This document shows positions 1 to 7,097 of a stretch of DNA of 40,460 nucleotides, in pieces; position 1 is the first letter of the stretch, and each line of letters starts with the position of its first letter. A program made the translations under genes and the position numbers. Below the pieces are notes generated by a model that was not told the DNA's origin, searched no databases, and saw only the letters and a list, made by a program, of their open reading frames with translations. The stretch is from a virus. Where the stretch lies: the UHGV virus genome UHGV-1390708, one strand, 5' to 3'.

Positions 1-423
1 GTGCGATTTTGCTTAGAGTCCGAAGACTGGGGTGCCTTAAGGAATTGTCTATGACTCATCAAGTACCATGGACTTAGGGTTTGATAGGAGGGTTCATTAG
101 GAGGGGAAAAATAACAGGATAGTTGCTTGTCACGGGGTTAAGGACTCTCAAATAGTAGATCAAAACCGTGGTCCTACATCAAATAGGCCGACGTCACCAG
201 TGGCGGGGCAGCAGTATTACGATTCAACATTAGGGCTGCCTATTTGGTGGAATTCAGTTAGCGGCACATGGAAGAGAGCAGATGGTGTAGATGCATAACA
301 GAAAACTGGTGAAAATTCACCCGTGTGTTTAATCCAAGCCTCAATCGATCGATACTTGCGGTAGTTGATGAGAAAAACTCTGGCACACAAAGCTTTGCGC
401 TATTCGAAGGTGGTTAAAGCTGA

Positions 424-1581
424 TCACTCCACCTTTTCATCAAGCCAGTCCGCCCACCACTGCATCATTTCTCTGCGCTTATCGAGATACTGAGCATGGT
501 TGTAAATTCCGCGCACAGATCCGCCGTTGGCATGTGCAAGTTGCACTTCAATAGCATCAGCAGGCCATTCGTGCTCGTTCATAATCGTGCTGAATTCATG
601 CCTGAATCCGTGACCGCTTTCCAGGCCCTCATAGCCGATTCGTTTGATCACAAGTAATACCGCGTTCTCGCAGATTGGCTTCTTCTTATCGTTGCGCCCG
701 GAAAAAACAAACTCTGATACTTGTTTGGTGATTGAGCTTAGCGTAGTGAGAAGTTCAATCACCTGGTCTGACATAGGAACAACATGAATTTTGCGTCCCT
801 TCATCACACTGGCGTCGATGGTGATAATCCTGTTTTCAAAATCGACGTTCTTCCATTGCATGGAGCGAAGCTCTTTCGTTCTTAGGGCTGTGTAGCGTAA
901 AACTTTGGTCGCAATGAGCGATACGATACTTCCTGAAAATGTTGCCAGTGCTTTGTTGAATGCCGGGATCTGGTCGGCAGGTAAAAATGGGAAGTTCTTC
1001 TTGCGGTATCCCTTCATGGCGTCTGCAAGGTCAGGTGCCGGGTTGTATTTAGCCCTTCCGGTGACAATAGCGTAACGGAAAACTTCGCCGCATCTTCTGC
1101 GGGCTTTGTTGGCTCGCTCCATTGCACCGCGATCTTCAAACCTGCGGATTACTTCCAGCAGTTGCATCGGCTCAATATCCTGAATCTCAAGACCGCCGAT
1201 GATGGGTAAAATGTCGTCATCAAACATTTTGGCAAGTTCAGTCGCATAGCCTACTGACCAGACTTGCTTCTTGTGCTCGTACCATTCTTTGTAAATCGCA
1301 CTAAAGGAATTGTTGTTAGACGAAGCCTTTTTCGCCTTTACCGGATCGATGCCAACCGAGATGTCTTTCCTCGCAGTCCATGCCTTATCCCTTGCCTCCT
1401 GCAAAGTCATTAGCGGATATTTTCCTACGGTCAGGACTTTCTCCTTACCGTCAATCTTGTAGCGAAGCTGCCATACCTTTTTCCCGGATACAGGGACATA
1501 AAGGTACAGGCCATTACCATCTAGAAGGCGGTATGGTTTTTCTTTCGGCTTTGCTGCTTCAATCTGCTTAACGGTGAGCAT
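424..1581 (-). CDS. int: Tyrosine integrase, P4/IntS-like. It is 385 aa from the Met at 1581; the track ORF extends to 1617.
   Basis: N-terminus MLTVKQIEAAKPKEKPYRLLDGNGLYLYV is a DUF4102-type arm-binding domain. The C-terminal catalytic region contains HGFRHEFST. It lies about 160 nt from an argW-type att core. Length and start fit my recollection of KplE1 IntS. Confidence 0.9.
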   Translation of the reverse strand: MLTVKQIEAAKPKEKPYRLLDGNGLYLYVPVSGKKVWQLRYKIDGKEKVLTVGKYPLMTLQEARDKAWTARKDISVGIDPVKAKKASSNNNSFSAIYKEWYEHKKQVWSVGYATELAKMFDDDILPIIGGLEIQDIEPMQLLEVIRRFEDRGAMERANKARRRCGEVFRYAIVTGRAKYNPAPDLADAMKGYRKKNFPFLPADQIPAFNKALATFSGSIVSLIATKVLRYTALRTKELRSMQWKNVDFENRIITIDASVMKGRKIHVVPMSDQVIELLTTLSSITKQVSEFVFSGRNDKKKPICENAVLLVIKRIGYEGLESGHGFRHEFSTIMNEHEWPADAIEVQLAHANGGSVRGIYNHAQYLDKRREMMQWWADWLDEKVE

Positions 1582-1626
1582 GGGTAAAAATCCGGTGGGT
1601 AAAATTATTTTATCCACTTTTTACCC
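1582..1626. repeat. Three copies of WTTTTACCC (two inverted, one direct) on the int side of the att core. Candidate Int arm-type or RDF binding sites.
   Basis: gggtaaaaa at 1582-1590, gggtaaaat at 1597-1605 and tttttaccc at 1618-1626, read directly. Confidence 0.5.
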
Positions 1627-1741
1627 GTCATGGAGTGCGGCTGTCAACGATCTGAAGCGAACCATGACGAACTGTGAATCTACTGAAGGCTTGATATTCA
1701 GGGGATTTTGCGGACTGGTACGGATGGGAGCGAACTGATAA

Positions 1742-1757
1742 ATGGTGTCCCCTGCAG
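1742..1757 (-). other. attP: attP core. Its reverse complement, CTGCAGGGGACACCAT, is the 3' end of a tRNA (argW-type) acceptor stem plus ACCA.
   Basis: atggtgtcccctgcag is read directly. It is flanked by int on the left and xis on the right, and neither flank continues as a tRNA. Confidence 0.75.
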
Positions 1758-1815
1758 ACATCTACTTGAAGCAGCAGGGGATTGATTGGAATGGTGTTTT
1801 TTAGATGTGAGAAAT

Positions 1816-1836
1816 ATTTTACCCGCTATTTTACCC
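1816..1836. repeat. Two direct ATTTTACCC repeats 12 bp apart on the xis side of the att core.
   Basis: attttaccc at 1816-1824 and at 1828-1836. The second copy overlaps the xis stop codon. Confidence 0.5.
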
Positions 1837-2031
1837 ATTGGCGCGGCTTAAGAGCTTATTTTTGAATTCACAATGGTCACGATATAACCATCTTGCTCGC
1901 CCGTGGATAACTTTGGCTTTTGGCAGGTCGCCGGACTTAATCCGGTCATAGATGAAGGTTTTACCGAAGCCAGTATCGGCCATGATGAATTTCAAATCAA
2001 CCAGTGAATCAGGTTGTAGTTCGTGTTGCAT
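1831..2031 (-). CDS. xis: Excisionase / recombination directionality factor, TorI-like (AlpA-type winged helix), 66 aa.
   Basis: Sequence MQHELQPDSLVDLKFIMADTGFGKTFIYDRIKSGDLPKAKVIHGRARW matches my recollection of KplE1 TorI. It is adjacent to the att core, with GGAG about 10 nt upstream of the ATG. Confidence 0.85.
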   Translation of the reverse strand: MQHELQPDSLVDLKFIMADTGFGKTFIYDRIKSGDLPKAKVIHGRARWLYRDHCEFKNKLLSRANG

Positions 2032-2050
2032 GAGTGCTATCTCCGAATAG

Positions 2051-2066
2051 GGAATCGAACCTGCAA
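2051..2066 (-). other. Isolated tRNA T-arm fragment. Its reverse complement is TTGCAGGTTCGATTCC.
   Basis: Contains the canonical T-loop GGTTCGATTCC. No matching 3' T-stem or acceptor stem is adjacent. Confidence 0.6.
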
Positions 2067-2073
2067 ATCAGGC

Positions 2074-2099
2074 AAGAAAAAACCGCCATCAGGCGGCTT
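2074..2099 (-). terminator. Intrinsic terminator upstream of xis on the minus strand.
   Basis: Minus-strand hairpin GCCGCC-TGAT-GGCGG followed by TTTTTTCTT. Confidence 0.6.
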
Positions 2100-2256
2100 G
2101 GTGTTCTTTCAGTTCTTCAATTCGAATATTGGTTACGTCTGCATGTGCTATCTGCGCCCATATCATCCAGTGGTCGTAGCAGTCGTTGATGTTCTCCGCT
2201 TCGATAACTCTGTTGAATGGCTCTCCATTCCATTCACCTCTGACTCGGAAGTGCAT
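2089..2256 (-). CDS. Small conserved lambdoid early-left protein, 55 aa (MHFRVRGEWNGEPFNRVIEAENINDCYDHWMIWAQIAHADVTNIRIEELKEHQAA).
   Basis: Not in the track because it is under 60 aa. GGAGA lies 7 nt upstream of the ATG at 2256. The stop falls inside the terminator hairpin. Confidence 0.6.
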   Translation of the reverse strand: MHFRVRGEWNGEPFNRVIEAENINDCYDHWMIWAQIAHADVTNIRIEELKEHQAA

Positions 2257-2328
2257 TTATCATCTCCATAAAACAAAACTCGCCGTAGCGAGTTCAGATA
2301 AAAGAAATCCCCGCGAGTGCGAGGATTG

Positions 2329-2418
2329 TTATTGTCTTTTCTTCGTGCATTTGTCGCACTTTCGGCACCATCCAGATAGGCACATCCGTCCGCAATTAAC
2401 ACATATAGGCCACATCAT
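2329..2418 (-). CDS. Cys-rich mini-protein, 29 aa (MMWPICVNCGRMCLSGWCRKCDKCTKKRQ).
   Basis: Its ATG overlaps the stop of the upstream gene (ATGA). It has paired CxxC motifs. Confidence 0.35.
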   Translation of the reverse strand: MMWPICVNCGRMCLSGWCRKCDKCTKKRQ

Positions 2419-2696
2419 TTTTCCTCTTTTGGTTTATGAATCTGAATGGTCATGCCGCTTTGAGTGGTGACTACAATGACAGAACCAGGCTGAAGGCTGT
2501 TAAGATTGAATGCTTCGTAAAACGAATCCAAGGCCAGCGCTTTTTTATTCTTTCGGTTCCACCAACGCCATCCCTTGCTACAGGCTACACTGACAATCCA
2601 CTGCCCACTCCTGTAAGCCATATAAAACCAGATGAGCAAAACCTGAAGGAATGCTATCCAGTCAATAATCGTATATTTCGCGAAGGAGTCCATCAC
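2415..2696 (-). CDS. Hypothetical single-pass membrane protein, 93 aa.
   Basis: ATGA overlap with the upstream gene. Hydrophobic segment WIAFLQVLLIWFYMAY. Confidence 0.6.
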   Translation of the reverse strand: MMDSFAKYTIIDWIAFLQVLLIWFYMAYRSGQWIVSVACSKGWRWWNRKNKKALALDSFYEAFNLNSLQPGSVIVVTTQSGMTIQIHKPKEEK

Positions 2697-3550
2697 TTCA
2701 CCTCCTGCTGCGGTGCTGCTGGCATTTCACGCCAGTGCGTAACTGAGTGCGGATCCGGATATTCGGTGCCATCATCCCAGCGATTGCCATTCCACATTGC
2801 AGACCACATCTCACCGTCTTCATACATGACCATTACCGGAATTAACTTATCCGGCATTCGCTCACTACAGCTTATCCAACCATCCGGAGTTACCGGAACT
2901 TGCGGAATGGCTGTCTGCTCTCGAACGTCATTAGGCGCTATAGGTTCTGCTGCCAACTGACTGGCATATTTGTTAATGGTAACGATAAGCTCTTGCTCAG
3001 CCTCATCCAGACAATCACCGATACCTCGCCTGTCACCGTCAAAATCATCGAAATCGGCACGAATCTTGGCAACCTTCTGGATTGCGGACAACACCTCACT
3101 AGGAATTACCGGATAGTTGGTTGACGTTTCCGCGATTTCACGAAAATTATTGGTTGACGAATTCTTGTTTTCCCGAAAGTTTCCGGACTGAAACATGGCT
3201 GCGCGATAGGCGTTCCAGCCGACAGCTTTTCCGTGTTCAAACGCGCTGTCAAAGTCATCATCCATTTCCATCGCATCAGGCACAGATACCGTCTCTGGAG
3301 GGGCGGCGTAAAGCGGAGTTACGGTAATTTCGTATTCGTTAATATCTTCATCGCTGATAGATGCATCAAAGCTTAAAAAGCCAGGTCTACCGAGACCACG
3401 GGCCTGTGCGTCCTGGATGATGTACGCCACAGCCTCAGCTTCGAGCGATGCCAGTGCGATACGCGCCAGCTCCCTTTCTTCTGACGCGGTTGGCTCAGGA
3501 CCGTTGCCGAGGAAAATTTCTTGTGCGCGCTTTTTGGTAATTGTGCTCAT
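2693..3550 (-). CDS. DUF551-domain early protein, 285 aa.
   Basis: The C-terminal segment WISCSERMPD...THWREMP resembles DUF551. ATGA overlap with the upstream gene. Confidence 0.65.
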   Translation of the reverse strand: MSTITKKRAQEIFLGNGPEPTASEERELARIALASLEAEAVAYIIQDAQARGLGRPGFLSFDASISDEDINEYEITVTPLYAAPPETVSVPDAMEMDDDFDSAFEHGKAVGWNAYRAAMFQSGNFRENKNSSTNNFREIAETSTNYPVIPSEVLSAIQKVAKIRADFDDFDGDRRGIGDCLDEAEQELIVTINKYASQLAAEPIAPNDVREQTAIPQVPVTPDGWISCSERMPDKLIPVMVMYEDGEMWSAMWNGNRWDDGTEYPDPHSVTHWREMPAAPQQEVK

Positions 3551-4314
3551 GATGTCTCTCCTTTACCGGCTGCGGCGCGGTCTATGCGTTCAATTTCGGC
3601 CAGAATAAGTGCGCCAGCTTTCACAAGGTCACGACGCGGCCCAGATTGCTTCCACCAATCAGGAGCCCACGGCCAATGCGCTGGCGTTGAGAGGCCTTGA
3701 TTGTGTGCGTTAATCGCATAGCAAGCTGCAGCATCTGCCAGCTCACTGTTTTGATAGGCGTCGTCATGCTCCGATGTCCAACCCTCAACAGCCCTCTGCC
3801 GCTGACGTTCTGATATCACATCCAGAAGTGCAGGATTGAACGCCAGCACCTCCAGTTCAGCAATCCGCTTCTCTGCGGCTTCCAGCTTCTCGCGCATATC
3901 GTCAACGTACTCGACCAGAGATCCGCCAGCAGGAATTTCGCATTCCTCGACCAGTTGGAAGTAGATATCAGCTGCGGCCCGTGTGTTGCTATGCCTAGCG
4001 TCGCCCATCTCACCTTCACGAAGAGCATCGCGTTCGGCGGTAAGATTGGCTATTTTGCTGTCTTTGCCTTCCAGCTCAACGCGCAGCCTCCCAACCGTAA
4101 GCGCAATATCCTCGTTCTCCTGGTCGCGGCGTTTGATGTATTGCTGGTTTCTTTCACGTTCATCCAGCAATGCCAGCGCGATATCTGGCGAAAAGTGCTT
4201 CATAAAATCGTTAAGCGCATTAATTCGCTGATCGAAAGGCATTACAGGTGCTTCACCAGCAATTTTTGTTTTTTCAGCGATTTCACGAAGCTTTTGATAA
4301 TCAATCTTGCTCAC
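3547..4314 (-). CDS. Ead/Ea22-like early protein, 255 aa, with a GTG start.
   Basis: Coiled-coil N-terminal half. Conserved C-terminal segment EGWTSEHDD...WPW...RRDLVKAGALILAEIERIDR. GTGA overlap with the upstream gene. Confidence 0.55.
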   Translation of the reverse strand: MSKIDYQKLREIAEKTKIAGEAPVMPFDQRINALNDFMKHFSPDIALALLDERERNQQYIKRRDQENEDIALTVGRLRVELEGKDSKIANLTAERDALREGEMGDARHSNTRAAADIYFQLVEECEIPAGGSLVEYVDDMREKLEAAEKRIAELEVLAFNPALLDVISERQRQRAVEGWTSEHDDAYQNSELADAAACYAINAHNQGLSTPAHWPWAPDWWKQSGPRRDLVKAGALILAEIERIDRAAAGKGETS

Positions 4315-4781
4315 TGGTTGCCTCCTTTGCGAAGCTCTGCAGCGAAATATACAGCTGCGGAAACAATAGCTGCATGTCGGTACTCACCATCAGAAAATAA
4401 AGAATCTCCCTTAAGTGCATTGACGATACTCTGATGATTTTTTGCCAGCATCTCCACGCCCTGCGCCCGTACTTCAGCCAGAAAAGCATCGGTGGCTTGG
4501 GTTTCGATATCGTTAATTTCAGGAAGAATCTCTTCCCATGTAGCGATATCGCCATTCAAATGCCATCCGGCAATTCCACTGGAGTTATCCGCAACACTCC
4601 GAACGGCTTCAATAGTTTCATGCATTGCCGCATTCTCCGCTGCCAGCGCCGCGCACTTGGCCTCCGCTTCAGCAAATTTACGCACCAGATACTCAGCATT
4701 TGTTTCGTTAACCTTTAAATCACTTGGGATGCATTTACCTTTCAGGAATCCATCCATCTCAATTAGTGACATTTGTTTCAT
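4311..4781 (-). CDS. Hypothetical early protein, 156 aa from [11 protein letters not shown].
   Basis: The start was chosen at the ATGA overlap with the upstream small ORF. The track start at 4799 is the alternative. Confidence 0.6.
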   Translation of the reverse strand: MKQMSLIEMDGFLKGKCIPSDLKVNETNAEYLVRKFAEAEAKCAALAAENAAMHETIEAVRSVADNSSGIAGWHLNGDIATWEEILPEINDIETQATDAFLAEVRAQGVEMLAKNHQSIVNALKGDSLFSDGEYRHAAIVSAAVYFAAELRKGGNQ

Positions 4782-4942
4782 TTTTTCCCACTCCTCCACA
4801 TCGCATTCAGATATTTGTTGTCATTAACAGAACCGAAACTATTTCTCTTAAGAAATTCCTCTCTCGATGGCATTGGCTTTACGCGTTGGCGAATAATCAT
4901 TTCTGCCGGAAGAATGCCGGGATTGTATGCAAGTCCTCTCAT
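4778..4942 (-). CDS. Hypothetical small protein, 54 aa ([34 protein letters not shown]...).
   Basis: It has ATGA overlaps at both ends and fills an otherwise empty gap. It is under 60 aa, so it is absent from the track. Confidence 0.45.
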   Translation of the reverse strand: MRGLAYNPGILPAEMIIRQRVKPMPSREEFLKRNSFGSVNDNKYLNAMWRSGKK

Positions 4943-5229
4943 GATTTACTCTCCACGAACTTGTCAATAGCCATGCTAAGTGACACACCTAAAGTCTCGA
5001 TATGTTGCTGAATATCCTGTAGCGTCTGCGCCTGAGATAACAGGATTTCACGGTTGCATAACTCTTTGACCAGATGCTCAAACTTGCTGTAATAACCGAT
5101 ACGACTTAGTGTTTCTTTCCCTGCATTCTCGCCTTCTTTGATAATTCCTCTTTCGCTAAGAATCAGGTCGTGTTTGGTTCCGGTAATAACGTATTTTCCG
5201 AGGTCGATGTTTAGCTTCATTGTTTTCAT
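4939..5229 (-). CDS. Hypothetical early protein, 96 aa from [13 protein letters not shown].
   Basis: GAGGA Shine-Dalgarno sequence upstream of the ATG at 5229. The longer track ORF would overlap the upstream gene. Confidence 0.6.
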   Translation of the reverse strand: MKTMKLNIDLGKYVITGTKHDLILSERGIIKEGENAGKETLSRIGYYSKFEHLVKELCNREILLSQAQTLQDIQQHIETLGVSLSMAIDKFVESKS

Positions 5230-5239
5230 TGTTAATTCC

Positions 5240-5536
5240 TCAGTCATTACTGATAGCGCCATAGCGTGAGCGGTAATTACGCAGGCGTGGGTCGATATAT
5301 TCAGGGAAGTGGGTATATGTGGCTTTGCGGAATGGTCGGATTGATGTCTGGTAAATTCGCTCTCGTTCTTCTTTCTCTGCAAGCCATATACAGTGGCGAA
5401 ATTCCTTTTCCTCTTTCGTTTCCTGCGGTAGCGACATTATCCGATCGTAGTTTTTTCTGAATTTATCCAGCACCTCCGATACGGAATTGCCGGAACAGCG
5501 GCGCGGGTCATCCGCACCATACAGAGGCGCTGGCAT
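5240..5536 (-). CDS. Hypothetical 98-aa protein. Its size and its position next to the recombination module fit P22 Abc2 (anti-RecBCD), but this is unverified.
   Basis: AAGGA Shine-Dalgarno sequence. It lies downstream of erf and ssb in the pL operon. The function is from recollection only. Confidence 0.35.
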   Translation of the reverse strand: MPAPLYGADDPRRCSGNSVSEVLDKFRKNYDRIMSLPQETKEEKEFRHCIWLAEKEERERIYQTSIRPFRKATYTHFPEYIDPRLRNYRSRYGAISND

Positions 5537-5559
5537 AATTAAATCCTTATTTTTCTAAA

Positions 5560-5943
5560 TCAGAATGGGATGGAATCGTCGTATACAGGAGTGTTCTGCT
5601 GGTTACTACTTTGCTGCTGCGGGCCATTTCCTGAAGCTGCAAATCCAATCTTTGCATTCAGTAATTCAAGAGTGATTGATTGACCATTTTGCCCCTGATA
5701 AACATCAACCCTGATGTTTTCTCCGGTAATTTCCACAATGCCACCTTCAACAAGAACACTACGGTAGTAATCCGCTTGCGCTCCCGGCTTGGCAAATACA
5801 ACGGCGCTGTAGTTTGTCCATTCTTTCTTTTTTGTCTGGCGATCGTAATACTGAACGCCAGCACGGATGTTGAATCCGATATTTTCCCCGGCCTGAAACT
5901 CTCTTGCGGGCTTGTTTAGTCTTACAGTAATCGAATGTGCCAT
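5560..5943 (-). CDS. ssb: Short single-stranded DNA-binding protein, 127 aa, with an acidic C-terminal tip DDSIPF.
   Basis: Gln/Ser-rich linker followed by a ...VYDDSIPF tail, like E. coli SSB DDDIPF. TAATG junction with erf. Confidence 0.65.
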   Translation of the reverse strand: MAHSITVRLNKPAREFQAGENIGFNIRAGVQYYDRQTKKKEWTNYSAVVFAKPGAQADYYRSVLVEGGIVEITGENIRVDVYQGQNGQSITLELLNAKIGFAASGNGPQQQSSNQQNTPVYDDSIPF

Positions 5944-6548
5944 TAAGCAGCCGCTCCTTCTAATTCGTCTCGTCTGATGTTGTAAACGTCCTGCGCTTTG
6001 TGCTGCTCCGGTGTGCCTTCGAGCAGCTTCCACGCTTTGGCGAACGCCTGTTTAAGCTCTTCTACGGTGTTTTTCTGCATTGCTGCGTCAGTGAATGCTT
6101 TTAGAACCTGTTCAGGTGTAGGTGATGGTTTTGATTGCTTTGCTGCTGCGTTCTGCTGATGTTTATGCTCGTCTGTATCTGCATCTTTCGCATCATCTAT
6201 GCCGAACAAACCATTGAGGCAATACTTGCGTGCATAAGAGCTTGTAGCTCCCGTAACTTGTGCAGAATCCATTCCTTTCTTGCTTTCTTCCTCTCGTGCT
6301 AGTGCGGTTGCCGTATGACTGTTTTCGCCATCGGTAATAGTTGCCGTGGCTTTCACATAATACCGATCACCAATCAACACAACTTCATCGCTGATTGATA
6401 AAAACAGGCCATTCAGTAACGGCTTAACGCCTTCAAGAATGTCTTCGCAGCTTCTGTATTTATATTTTCCGAATGAGTTGTACTGATTCTTTGGCGCGTT
6501 CAGATTCTCCTGAATAGCTGCCAGTCTTGCGTAAAATTCTTTGCTCAT
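5943..6548 (-). CDS. erf: Erf single-strand annealing recombinase, 201 aa from MSKEFYARL.
   Basis: N-terminus MSKEFYARLAAIQENLNAPKNQYNSFGKYKYRSCEDILEGVKPLL matches my recollection of P22 Erf. The track start at 6578 is a TTG codon. Confidence 0.9.
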   Translation of the reverse strand: MSKEFYARLAAIQENLNAPKNQYNSFGKYKYRSCEDILEGVKPLLNGLFLSISDEVVLIGDRYYVKATATITDGENSHTATALAREEESKKGMDSAQVTGATSSYARKYCLNGLFGIDDAKDADTDEHKHQQNAAAKQSKPSPTPEQVLKAFTDAAMQKNTVEELKQAFAKAWKLLEGTPEQHKAQDVYNIRRDELEGAAA

Positions 6549-6558
6549 ATGATTGTTC

Positions 6559-6663
6559 TCAGAATGGACATGGCCCAAGGAAATAACGCTGATTTAATAC
6601 TTCAGTCTTTGCCGCATTTAAAAATACGCGAACACCTTCACGATCTCCCTTCTGGCGATACAT
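6559..6663 (-). CDS. Possible 34-aa ORF in the arf position, immediately upstream of erf.
   Basis: Runs from the ATG at 6663 to a TGA 10 nt before the erf ATG. It overlaps the 3' end of the neighbouring ORF. Confidence 0.25.
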   Translation of the reverse strand: MYRQKGDREGVRVFLNAAKTEVLNQRYFLGPCPF

Positions 6664-6808
6664 TAACGCCTGCTGCGTGTACATGCGTCTCTGTAACTTG
6701 CTCTCCTTCACTGTGGTTGCAAGTGACATGAATATCTCCTTCGTTACCGATTAATTCTTTCATCTGACGAATGAATTCTTCGTCTGACCAGTTATCTGTA
6801 AAACTCAT
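6638..6808 (-). CDS. Hypothetical acidic small protein, 56 aa (MSFTDNWSDEEFIRQMKELIG...).
   Basis: ATGA overlap with the kil stop codon. Confidence 0.5.
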   Translation of the reverse strand: MSFTDNWSDEEFIRQMKELIGNEGDIHVTCNHSEGEQVTETHVHAAGVNVSPEGRS

Positions 6809-6957
6809 TTCCTGCGATACCACGGAAGGTTGATAGCTGATTTCATCGCTTTATTTGCTTCAATCCACATTTTTGAATCACCAATAAATCTGGCTATTAC
6901 TGCTTTGTTCTGTGCTGCACGAAGCATCTGGTGATTGATGGCTATTTCATTGCGCAT
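6805..6957 (-). CDS. kil: Kil-like host cell-division inhibitor, 50 aa.
   Basis: MRNEIAINHQMLRAAQNKAVIARFIGDSKMWIEANKAMK. The ARFIGDSKMW segment resembles lambda Kil ATFIGDEKMF. GAGG Shine-Dalgarno sequence. It lies downstream of cIII. Confidence 0.55.
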   Translation of the reverse strand: MRNEIAINHQMLRAAQNKAVIARFIGDSKMWIEANKAMKSAINLPWYRRK

Positions 6958-7073
6958 AATAAGACCTCAACTCTTTTCCATCCGTCACGTAATTTACGGG
7001 TGATTCGTTCAAGTAAAGATTCATTTAGTTGGAAGGCACCCATGCGAGCGCCTCCCGCGATTGCGTAAATCAT
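6942..7073 (-). CDS. cIII: CIII, FtsH (HflB) inhibitor, 43 aa.
   Basis: MIYAIAGGARMGAFQLNESLLERITRKLRDGWKRV contains the conserved lambda CIII core ESLLERITRKLRDGWKR. AAGGAA Shine-Dalgarno sequence. Confidence 0.8.
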   Translation of the reverse strand: MIYAIAGGARMGAFQLNESLLERITRKLRDGWKRVEVLLCAMK

Positions 7074-7097
7074 GGGTGGTTCCTTATGTTGGTTTTA

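Noticed and set aside
2041-2075. A possible tRNA gene, given the GGTTCGATTCC T-loop on the minus strand.
   Set aside because: Only the 5' T-stem and loop are present. There is no complementary 3' T-stem, anticodon arm or acceptor stem adjacent, so it is reported as a fragment instead.
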